Positions 56,142 to 64,000 of a DNA stretch of 64,000 nt are shown piece after piece. Under the pieces are notes generated by a model. That model had not been told where the DNA came from, made no database searches, and was given only the letters and a program-made list of their open reading frames with translations. Both the position numbers and the translations under genes were made by a program. Source of the DNA: Actinoallomurus sp. (lineage in GTDB: Bacteria; Actinomycetota; Actinomycetes; Streptosporangiales; Streptosporangiaceae); assembly GCA_025964685.1 (NCBI GenBank), contig JAOPYG010000037.1, positions 12,742-76,741 on the forward strand, read 5' to 3'. Every line of letters starts with the position of its first letter. Within the stretch, counting starts at the first letter, position 1.

Positions 56142-57152
56142 TTGCCCTTCATCGCCATGGGCATCGTCGGACTGAGCGACCTCGTCGCCGGTCCGGAGCT
56201 GAGATTCCGGCCGCTGCTGGCGCTCGGCCCGGCGTTCGCGGCTTTGTGGTGCGGCATGCGGCGCACGGCTCTGGTGGGCGTGGCCGCGATCACGCTCGGC
56301 GTGCTACTCAGCTCCTACCACCACACGCTCGGCAAGCGGCAGAACGCCATGATGCTCGCCATGATGGCCGGCATCACGGTCGCGAGCGTCTTCGCCAGCT
56401 CGGGGCGGCAGAGGCGCGAGCGCCTGCTCGCCGACGTGCGGTCCGTCGCCGAGGTGGCACAGCAGGTCCTGCTGCGCCCGGTCCCGCGCCGGGTCGGCCC
56501 GGTGCACGTCGCGGTGAGCTACACCTCCGCCACGGCCGAGGCCCGCATCGGCGGCGACCTGTACGAGGTCGCATCGACCCGATCGGGGGTGCGCGTCATC
56601 GTCGGTGACGTGCAGGGCAAGGGCCTGGCGGCGGTCGAGACGGCGGCGGCGGTGCTCGGAGCCTTCCGTGAGGCCGCCTACGACGAGGCTGAGCTGACCG
56701 GGGTCGTGGCACGGATCGAGGCCGCGCTGAGCCGTCAGCTGTCGGGGGAGAAGTTCGTGACCGCGGTGCTGGCCGAGTTCGACGACGGCGAGACCGTGAC
56801 GCTCCTCAACTGCGGGCATCCGTCTCCGCTGATCCTCGGTAGCGGTGGCGTGGGCGTCTTCGCCGAGCCATGCGACTCCGCGCCACCGCTCGGCCTGACC
56901 GAGCTCGCCGACGTCCGGCCGATCCCGTACACCGTCCGTTTCGCGCCCGGCGACCGGATGCTGATCTACACCGACGGAGTCGTCGAGGCACGTGACGGGG
57001 AAGGCCGGTTCTACCCACTGGCCGACCGGTGCGGGCTGCTGAAGGCGGCCGATCCGGAGAAGGCGCTGGAGGACCTGCGCGCCGACGTCCTGCGTCACGT
57101 CGGCGGGCGGATCGGCGACGACGCGGCGATGCTGCTCGTCCGCCGCCGCTGA
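56142..57152 (+). CDS. Membrane PP2C/SpoIIE (RsbU-like) phosphatase
   Basis: IGGDLY, VGDVQGKG, NCGHP, YTDG, GDDAAM; N-terminal TMs; start uncertain. Confidence 0.9.
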   Translation: MPFIAMGIVGLSDLVAGPELRFRPLLALGPAFAALWCGMRRTALVGVAAITLGVLLSSYHHTLGKRQNAMMLAMMAGITVASVFASSGRQRRERLLADVRSVAEVAQQVLLRPVPRRVGPVHVAVSYTSATAEARIGGDLYEVASTRSGVRVIVGDVQGKGLAAVETAAAVLGAFREAAYDEAELTGVVARIEAALSRQLSGEKFVTAVLAEFDDGETVTLLNCGHPSPLILGSGGVGVFAEPCDSAPPLGLTELADVRPIPYTVRFAPGDRMLIYTDGVVEARDGEGRFYPLADRCGLLKAADPEKALEDLRADVLRHVGGRIGDDAAMLLVRRR

Positions 57153-57236
57153 GACACCTGAGGCCGGTGTGAACGCTGATGTCTCCTGAAGGGTAGGGCG
57201 GTCCACCCGCTTCGCTACTCCTCACGCATGGCAAAG

Positions 57237-57261
57237 AGCCCACTACTAAGAGTAGTGGGCT
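57237..57261. promoter_or_regulatory. Perfect palindrome, NarL/LuxR-type operator candidate
   Basis: AGCCCACTACT-AAG-AGTAGTGGGCT. Confidence 0.6.
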
Positions 57262-57577
57262 ACTGAAAGTAATCAACGCAGGTCACGGGGGCACTGGAAC
57301 CACTCGCCTCCGGTTCGGCATGCCATGCGATAGGAGCCGAGATGTCGGGGAGAGCACTCCACCGCCTTGTACGAGAGGGGCCGCCCGCGCCCGTGGTGAC
57401 GCGATGTCGTCCTCACCGGCGCCTGGCGATCCGGCCGCCTTGTCCCAGAGCCGCCGTCATGCCCTCGGCGACGCCGGGGTTACCGCCGGGGGCGCGTCCG
57501 GGTGACCGGGCGGGGGCCGCCCCCGTACGGCCGCCGGCCGGTCCGCCGATTCCGCCGGTCCGGTGCGGAGGTAGCGC

Positions 57578-58831
57578 ATGATCGCCACACTGCGGCAGTT
57601 CCGGTCGTTCGGCCGGCCCGCCCAGATCCTGTTCATCAACGAGATCGGCGTGACCATCGCCCTTCTCATGCTCGCGCCCTACCTCGCCGACCACCTGGTG
57701 CACGGCATCGGGGTGGCCGTATGGCTGGTCGGCATCGTGATGAGCCTGCGTCACTTCAGCGAGGGGCTCTTCGTCATCGGCGGCACGCTCGCCGACCGCA
57801 TCGGATACAAACCGATGATCATCGCGGGTTGCCTGCTCAAGGCCGTCGGATGCGGGATGTTCGCGATCTTCACCAGCCTGCCGTGGCTGATCGCCGCCTC
57901 CGTGGTCACGGGCGTGTCCAGTGCCCTGTTCATCCCAGCGAACCGCGCCTACCTCGCGCACGAGGAGAGCGAGCGGATCGTCGACGCCTTCGCCGTCTTC
58001 AGCGTCTGCCGTCGTTTCGGGCTCCTTTTCGGACCGCTCATCGGCATTCCGCTGGTCCACTTCGGCTTCCGTATGGTCAGCCTGACCTCGGTCGCGATCC
58101 TGCTCGCACTCGCGGTGGCGCAGTGGCGTCTCCTGCCCGCCATCGTGGGACCCGAGACCGGCTCGTCCCGGCCCATCTGGGCGGACTGGCGCGAGGCGCT
58201 GAGCAACCATCCGTTCCTGGCGTTCGCCGCGACGATGTTCGCCTCCTATGCGCTCACCTTCCAGATCACGTTCGGCCTGCCACTGGCGATCCGGCACATC
58301 TCCGGCGGGCACGCGGGCATGACGGCCCTGTTCGTGATCTCCGCCATTCTCGGCCTGGCTCTCCAGGTCCGCCTGATCACGTGGTGTGAGAAGCACTGGA
58401 CGCCGGGCCAGGCCATGGTCCGCGGGTTGATCGTCATGAGTGTGGCGTTCATCCCGATGATGCTGCCGCCACTGCACGGCGCGACGGTCATCCGGCTCAT
58501 GCCGGTCCTGGTGTGCGCCGCGACGCTGAGCATCGGATCGATGATGCTGCACCCGTTCGAGATGGCCACGATCGCCAACCTCGCCGACGGCCGGGTGATC
58601 GGGACGTACTACAGCGTCAACAACCTGCTGTCGGGCTTCGGCGGGGTCTTCGGCAACCTGGTCAGCGCCGCCGCGCTCAGCCTGTCGCACGGCATGGGGA
58701 TGTCGAGCCTGCCCTGGATGGTGCTCATGCTCCTCGGGTTGTTCTCCGCGGCCTGCCTGAAGCTCGTGGACCGCGACGACCGGCTCACGCCGCCTCGTCT
58801 GCAGCCGCAGGGCGCGGCCGCGGCACCGTGA
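57578..58831 (+). CDS. MFS transporter (MdtH / Rv0849-like)
   Basis: PYLADHL, GGTLADRIGYKPMIIAGC, GTYY. Confidence 0.88.
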   Translation: MIATLRQFRSFGRPAQILFINEIGVTIALLMLAPYLADHLVHGIGVAVWLVGIVMSLRHFSEGLFVIGGTLADRIGYKPMIIAGCLLKAVGCGMFAIFTSLPWLIAASVVTGVSSALFIPANRAYLAHEESERIVDAFAVFSVCRRFGLLFGPLIGIPLVHFGFRMVSLTSVAILLALAVAQWRLLPAIVGPETGSSRPIWADWREALSNHPFLAFAATMFASYALTFQITFGLPLAIRHISGGHAGMTALFVISAILGLALQVRLITWCEKHWTPGQAMVRGLIVMSVAFIPMMLPPLHGATVIRLMPVLVCAATLSIGSMMLHPFEMATIANLADGRVIGTYYSVNNLLSGFGGVFGNLVSAAALSLSHGMGMSSLPWMVLMLLGLFSAACLKLVDRDDRLTPPRLQPQGAAAAP

Positions 58832-58898
58832 ACGCGCGCCGCGCGGGACGTGACCGGCGAGGGGGCCGGTCACACCCGCGCGACGCGCCCGCGCACGG

Positions 58899-59450
58899 TT
58901 ACGCCGGGGGACCGAACGGCGCGCCGTGACCGGGAATGATCAGCGAGGGACGGAGGTCGAGCAGGCGTTCCCGTGACGCGCGGAGCGTGCTCATGTCCTC
59001 GGCCCGCGGATCTTGCTCCGGCCCTTCGGAGGTCCACCACAGGTGGGTGGCGGCCACGAGGCCGGTGGCGGTGTCGGCGAGGGTCGTGATGTCCTCGGCG
59101 GTGTGCCCGGGCGTGCGGATCAGCCGTACGGACGGGGACAGCTGGAACCCCTCGGCGTCGCGGTCCTCCCACAGGTCGCCGGAGTAGATCGCCCAGTGGT
59201 CGTGGAAGCGGGCCGCCGGGAACAGCGCGGCGTTGAGCGTGTGGTCCGGATGGTGGTGGGAGAACACCACGTCGGTGACGTCGTCGACGCCGAGGCCCAG
59301 TTCCGCGATGGGGTCCAGGATCAGCCGCCGGTCGGCCACCATGCCCGGGTCGACGACGGCGACCAGGTCGCCGTCCTGGATCAGCGTCACCGTGCCGGCG
59401 ACGCGGTCACCGGCATAGCCGCAGGTCAGAACGTGAACATTCGCAGTCAT
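58899..59450 (-). CDS. Metallo-beta-lactamase fold hydrolase
   Basis: VDPG, SHHHPDH, TPGHT, IPGHG. Confidence 0.9.
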   Translation of the reverse strand: MTANVHVLTCGYAGDRVAGTVTLIQDGDLVAVVDPGMVADRRLILDPIAELGLGVDDVTDVVFSHHHPDHTLNAALFPAARFHDHWAIYSGDLWEDRDAEGFQLSPSVRLIRTPGHTAEDITTLADTATGLVAATHLWWTSEGPEQDPRAEDMSTLRASRERLLDLRPSLIIPGHGAPFGPPA

Positions 59451-59517
59451 GGCGCCCCCCGGACGAACGAACCCCGCAGAGCCGGCGGCCCCGCGGGTTC
59501 CATTGTCCACCGGAAGG

Positions 59518-60810
59518 TCAGCTGTGCGCCGGGGTCGGCGAGCTGGTCGCCGGCGTGGCGGACGGCGTGGTACCGGCGGCGGCACCGCCGGTCGCGACGG
59601 TCGTCACCGGCTTCTTCAGCGCGCTGCCCTTGACCCACTTCTTCCAGGACATCTGCCAGTAGCCCCAGCCGTTGTTCCACGCCAGGTCGCGGGACGTCCC
59701 GCTGATGTCGATGACGTCACCGCGCCGGCTGAGGTTGTAGAACCACCGGGCACCGGCGACGGTCTGCCGGACGCAGCCATGGCTGCAGTTGCTGCGGCCC
59801 AGGCATCCGTACTCACCGGGACTCTGGTGCAGGTACTCACCGCTGTTGCTGATCTGTACGTCCTTCAGCACCAGCTCGTGGTAATAGCCCGGTTCGTCCT
59901 TCTTGATGTTCGGCGAGGTCATCCAGACCTCCTGCAGCTTGCCCATGGCGAGGTGGACACCGCTGGTCGTGCGGAAGTCGTTGCCGTGCGAGTCGCCGCC
60001 GCCCATGCCCCCGCTCACCGGGATCGTCTTGGCGAGCTTGCCGTCGACGTAGACCTTGCTCTTGTGGGTCTTGAGGTTGACCTTCGCGACGTGCGAGGCG
60101 CCGATCTTGAAGCTGCGGGTGAAGTCCTTCGTGCCGTAGACCTTGCTCGACGCGCGCACACCGGACATGTGGGCCACGAGCGACACCGAGGTGTGGGCGG
60201 GCCAGTACGACTTGGTGCGGAAGATGACCTGCTGGGAGGTGACCCAGTGCCAGGCACCCTCCACCGGCTTGCTGGAGCGCACCTCGAGGGCCTTCTCGAC
60301 GGCGTCCTCGTTGGCGACGGGGCTGTCGAAGTTCACCGTGATCGGTATGCCGACGCCCACGGTCTCGCCTGCCGACGGGATCACGTCACTGACCTTGACC
60401 GACGAAGGCGCCCTCATCGTGGTGAAGTTGCTGGTCGAGGTGGTGATCTTGCCGCTGTTGTTCTTGGCGGTCGCCGTCACCGTGTAGGTGGTGCCCGGCT
60501 TGAGCGTCCATTTCGTGCGCCAGGACTTCTTGTCCGCGGACAGCGCACCCTCAACGGCACGCCCGCCGCCCTGAACGGTCACCTCGTCGAGTACGCCGCT
60601 TGCGGCGGTCACCTGCACGCCTTTGTCCGGGCGTACCTTCTTGACACCGTTCGCGGGAATGATCGTGGCGGCGGCGTCGGGAACCTTTGCGGCCGACTGA
60701 CTGGCCGCGCTGCCGCTGGAAGAGCAGGCCGCGACCGGTGTGAGAAGCACCCCGGCCGCCACGGGAGCGATCCAACGACCCGATCTTGTAGATTTGAAAC
60801 TGCGTTGCAC
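59518..60810 (-). CDS. L,D-transpeptidase lipoprotein (two Ig-like domains plus YkuD)
   Basis: Lipobox VAAC; VGVGIPI, YWPA, GEYLH...SHGCV. Confidence 0.92.
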   Translation of the reverse strand: MQRSFKSTRSGRWIAPVAAGVLLTPVAACSSSGSAASQSAAKVPDAAATIIPANGVKKVRPDKGVQVTAASGVLDEVTVQGGGRAVEGALSADKKSWRTKWTLKPGTTYTVTATAKNNSGKITTSTSNFTTMRAPSSVKVSDVIPSAGETVGVGIPITVNFDSPVANEDAVEKALEVRSSKPVEGAWHWVTSQQVIFRTKSYWPAHTSVSLVAHMSGVRASSKVYGTKDFTRSFKIGASHVAKVNLKTHKSKVYVDGKLAKTIPVSGGMGGGDSHGNDFRTTSGVHLAMGKLQEVWMTSPNIKKDEPGYYHELVLKDVQISNSGEYLHQSPGEYGCLGRSNCSHGCVRQTVAGARWFYNLSRRGDVIDISGTSRDLAWNNGWGYWQMSWKKWVKGSALKKPVTTVATGGAAAGTTPSATPATSSPTPAHS

Positions 60811-61231
60811 CCGTGACCCCGCTCTGTTGCAGACCATGCCAACTCAACGCAGAGAGCATTCGAGTCGCACATGGGAACGACCCCCGCACAATCCGGGCAT
60901 CATACTATCGATCGCCGAAAGGTTACGCCGAGGTTTCCCATGGTTCCAACGGCCCTCTTTCGGCCCATATGCCGTCACTACAAATACGGTGCGTGACGAC
61001 GCGCGGGAACGGTGCGGTGCGGCCTTTTCTCAGCCGCCGTCGAGCAGGCGCTGCCAGTCGCCGGAGGCGGGGCGGACGGCTCCTCGACGTCGAGGTCCTC
61101 CTCCCCGGGCACACGTGTCCGGGTGAACCGGAGCTCCATCCCGGGCCGGGACTGGAAGAGCCGGCCCGTACGCCGCAGGTGTCCGAGCCGGCCCCGCAGG
61201 CCGGTTCCGGGAGACGCCTCGCCGCGGCCCA

Positions 61232-62878
61232 TCATCGCCCTTCGCGCAGCTCCGCGATCGTCCGCCACACGGAGATCTGCTCCGGGTCGGTGCGGATCTC
61301 GATGACGGCGGGACGGTCCTGGGCCAGCGCGTCGCGCAGGACGGCCGGGAACTCGGCGTCGGCGGTCACCAGCGCGCCGAATGCGCCGAAGGACGCCGCG
61401 AGCGCCACCAGATCGGGATTGCCGAGGTCGGTGCCGATCGTCCGATGGGGATAGCGGCGCTCCTGGTGCATCCGGATCGTGCCGTACATGTTGTTGTTGA
61501 AGACCAGCGCGACGATCGGCAGCCGGAGCCGTACCGCGGTCTCCAGCTCCTGCACGGTCATCAAGAACCCGCCGTCACCGGACAGCGACACGACCGTGCG
61601 GTCCGGCTGCGCCAGCTTGGCGCCGACGGCCGCGGGCAGGCCGTACCCCATGGCGCCCGACGCCGCGCCGACGTACGTGCCCGGCCGGCGGAACGGGAAG
61701 AACGCGTGCAGCCAGCCGGAGAAGTTGCCCGCGTCGTTGGTGAGCACGGCGTCGTCGGGCAGTGCCTCACGCAGCATCCGGATGATCTGCCGGTTGTCCA
61801 CCCGGTCGTCGTGCTCCTCGGGCGGCACCGCCGAGACCCGCTCGTACGCCTTCCGGCGCTCGCGCGCCCATTCCGACGGTTCGCGAGGCGGCGGCCCGGC
61901 CTCGAGCAGGGCCTCCAGCGCCTCGGCGAGGTCGGCGACGATGCCGAGCTCGGCCGGATGGGACTTGCCGATCATCGAGGGCTCGATGTCGACCTGCGCG
62001 ATCCGCTGCGACGGCGCGATGGCGGTGTACCGCTGCGAGGTGATCTCCCCGAGCCGCGTGCCCAGTGCCAGCAGCACGTCGGCCTCCCGCACCGTGCGCA
62101 CGACCTCGGGATGCGCGCCGTGCTGCAGGTGGCCGGCGTAGAGCGGATGGTCATTGGGGAACACGTCGTGCCGCCGCCACGCCGCGGCGACCGGCACGCC
62201 CCAGCGCTCGGCGAACGCCACCAGCCGCGTCTCCGCGCGGCTGAGCCGGACCCCGGCCCCGGCGATGATCAAAGGACGCTCGGCGCCGGAGAGCAGTGCG
62301 TGGCAGGCCGCCACCTCCGCGGCCGAGGGCCGGGGACGCGGGATGCGCACGGGCCTGGCGGGCGGCTCATCGACCTCACCGGCGAAGACGTCCTCGGGCA
62401 GGGACAGCACGACCGGACCGGGACGCCCGGTGACCGCGAGGCGCAGGGCACGTGCCACCGTCTCGGGCATCCGCGAGGGGTCGGCCTCCTCGACGGCGTG
62501 CTTGGCCAGCGGGCGGAGGAAATCGGCGAGCGCGGCCTCCTGGAACGCCTCCCGGCCGCGGTGCCGGGAGTTCACCTGGCCGACGAGGACGAGCAGCGGC
62601 GTGGAGTTCTCCCGTGCGGTGTGCACGCCGATGGCGAGGTTGGACGCGCCGACCGCGCGGCCGCCGAGGACGACACCGATCTCACCGCTCGCGGCGGCGT
62701 AGGCCTCCGCCATGAACGCCGCGCCGCCCTCCTGCCGCGCCGCGACGAACTCGATCTCCGGCTCGCCCAGCAGCGCGTCCATGACCATGGTGAAGCTCTC
62801 CGACGGAACCCCGAAGACGCGGCGCACGCCGTGCTCACGCAGGCTGCCGACGAGGTTGGCGGCGACGCTCGTCCCCAT
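61232..62878 (-). CDS. ThDP-dependent enzyme, acetolactate synthase large subunit family
   Basis: FGVPSES, RQEGGAAFMAE, AFQE, GAMGYGLP, GDGGF...NNMYG. Confidence 0.92.
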   Translation of the reverse strand: MGTSVAANLVGSLREHGVRRVFGVPSESFTMVMDALLGEPEIEFVAARQEGGAAFMAEAYAAASGEIGVVLGGRAVGASNLAIGVHTARENSTPLLVLVGQVNSRHRGREAFQEAALADFLRPLAKHAVEEADPSRMPETVARALRLAVTGRPGPVVLSLPEDVFAGEVDEPPARPVRIPRPRPSAAEVAACHALLSGAERPLIIAGAGVRLSRAETRLVAFAERWGVPVAAAWRRHDVFPNDHPLYAGHLQHGAHPEVVRTVREADVLLALGTRLGEITSQRYTAIAPSQRIAQVDIEPSMIGKSHPAELGIVADLAEALEALLEAGPPPREPSEWARERRKAYERVSAVPPEEHDDRVDNRQIIRMLREALPDDAVLTNDAGNFSGWLHAFFPFRRPGTYVGAASGAMGYGLPAAVGAKLAQPDRTVVSLSGDGGFLMTVQELETAVRLRLPIVALVFNNNMYGTIRMHQERRYPHRTIGTDLGNPDLVALAASFGAFGALVTADAEFPAVLRDALAQDRPAVIEIRTDPEQISVWRTIAELREGR

Positions 62879-63092
62879 GGGGTCGCATCTCCTCCCGGAC
62901 CGGCCGCGTCCACCGGCCCACATCTCATGCCTATCAGCCCCGGCCCCGCTGGAGAACCCTGACTGGCGGTCACCTGATTCACATGAGCATGAGCCGCCGC
63001 AGCCTCCATTCGCGTGGCCTTCCGCAGTGCGCGCGTCGCCGGGAGCCCAGACTTCCCAGCGCCCACACGGCCGGCGGTACTCCCGGGTGACC

Positions 63093-63159
63093 GGTTTGAT
63101 TTCCAAACCCGAAGATGGTTATGGTCCCGGCATGACCTCAGAGGTTGGATTCTCAAACC
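63093..63159. promoter_or_regulatory. Two GGTT(T/G)G-N5-CAAACC operator palindromes
   Basis: GGTTTG-ATTTC-CAAACC (63093-63109) and GGTTGG-ATTCT-CAAACC (63143-63159, inside the MFS 5' end). Confidence 0.6.
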
Positions 63160-64000
63160 GATCCCGTGTGGCAGCCGGCGTCGTCGTGCTCGCCGTGTTC
63201 ATGACCAATCTCGACCTCTGGATCGTCAATGTGGCGTTGCCGGCCATGGGATCGAGTTTCTCCCACGGTGGCCATCCGGCGTCGCTGGGTGACCTGTCGT
63301 GGGTGCTCAACGCCTACGCCATCACCCTGGCGGCGCTGCTCGTGGTGCTCGGCCGGGCCGGCGACCGGATCGGGCAGCGACCCGTGTTCGTCGCCGGGGT
63401 CGTGGTGTTCGCCCTCGCCTCCCTGGCGTGCGCGCTGGCGCCGACCCTGTGGGTGCTGGTCCTGGCCCGGGTGGTCCAGGCGGCCGGCGCCGCCGCCCAG
63501 CTGCCCACCTCACTCGCCTTGCTCCTCGCCGCCGTACCCCCCGAGAGGCGAACCGGGGCCACCCGTACCTGGGCCGCGTTCGGCGGCCTGGCCGCCGCGG
63601 CCGGTCCCGTGATCGGCGGACTGCTGGTGGAGATCGACTGGCGCTGGGTCTTCGTCGTGAACCTCCCGATCGGCGTTGTCGCGGTCGTCGCGGGGCTGCT
63701 CGCGCTGCCCGCGCCCGCCGCCCGGGAGACCGGGCCGCTGCCCGACGTGTGGGGCGCCGTGCTCATCACCGCCGCGGTCGCCGCGCTGACCGGTGCCCTC
63801 GTGGAGGCGCCGAGCTGGGGATGGGCGGCCGGCCGCACGCTGGCGCTGCTCGCCGCGGCCCTGGTGACCGGGGCGTGGTTCGGCGTGCGGTCCGTACGTC
63901 ACGCGACTCCGCTGCTGGAGCTGCACCTGCTGCGCCTGCCCAGGTTCGGCGCGGCCGGCGCGGGCACGTTCGTGTTCGGCGTCGCTTTCGCGATCATGTT
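63132..64000 (+). CDS. DHA2 (14-TM) MFS efflux transporter, partial
   Basis: MTNLDLWIVNVALP, WVLNAY, GRAGDRIG, RVVQAAG, GPVIGG, WRWVFVVNLPIG. Confidence 0.92.
   Translation, partial: MTSEVGFSNRSRVAAGVVVLAVFMTNLDLWIVNVALPAMGSSFSHGGHPASLGDLSWVLNAYAITLAALLVVLGRAGDRIGQRPVFVAGVVVFALASLACALAPTLWVLVLARVVQAAGAAAQLPTSLALLLAAVPPERRTGATRTWAAFGGLAAAAGPVIGGLLVEIDWRWVFVVNLPIGVVAVVAGLLALPAPAARETGPLPDVWGAVLITAAVAALTGALVEAPSWGWAAGRTLALLAAALVTGAWFGVRSVRHATPLLELHLLRLPRFGAAGAGTFVFGVAFAIM

Noticed and set aside
60978-61235. 85-codon ORF coupled to the ThDP enzyme stop
   Set aside because: No recognisable motif; it may be a remnant but cannot be supported as a gene
62890-63010. TPP or SAM riboswitch upstream of the ThDP enzyme
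   Set aside because: The TPP core (CUGAGA...ACCUG...GCGNAGG) and the SAM-IV consensus were not found on the coding strand
1-64000. CRISPR array, tRNA/rRNA, integrase, transposase or prophage genes
   Set aside because: No regularly spaced repeat-spacer units, cloverleaf or rRNA-like tracts, or mobile-element protein motifs were seen

Overview
High-GC actinomycete chromosomal window (probably Streptosporangiales/Actinomadura-like; this is an inference from protein families and GC bias) made of accessory metabolic loci. No rRNA, tRNA, CRISPR array, transposase or phage gene was recognised. All family assignments come from motifs read by eye; no database searches were run. Main loci: (1) an uncharacterised divergent membrane cluster at 1.3-5.9 kb, comprising a cupredoxin-like lipoprotein, a Cys-less FesM/FtrD-like membrane protein, and a 609-aa membrane protein with two PmoC-like D-x3-H-x13/14-H metal motifs, around a 28-bp palindrome and next to a MerR regulator. 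This is the best candidate for an undescribed system. (2) A frameshifted GH115 alpha-glucuronidase with BxlR-like boxes. (3) A PucR-associated operon with a peptide ABC importer, an S9/beta-lactamase-fold fusion peptidase, an M20 hydrolase, a GNAT and an N-succinylamino-acid racemase/OSBS (D-peptide or D-amino-acid salvage), with a palindrome repeated three times. (4) An orphan ctaD, a TreS-like GH13, a GS-hydroquinone reductase and Hsp15. (5) An operon with a pseudo-M23 peptidase, a ferric-reductase-like membrane protein and a NuoF-ferredoxin fusion. (6) A PadR/ABC-2 exporter. (7) A GntR(UTRA)-associated sugar ABC, GH3, kinase, GH4 (in-frame amber) and NagB-like locus. Several genes survive only as internally deleted or terminal remnants (pyrF, a siderophore-interacting protein, panE-like, pentapeptide repeat, penicillin acylase).
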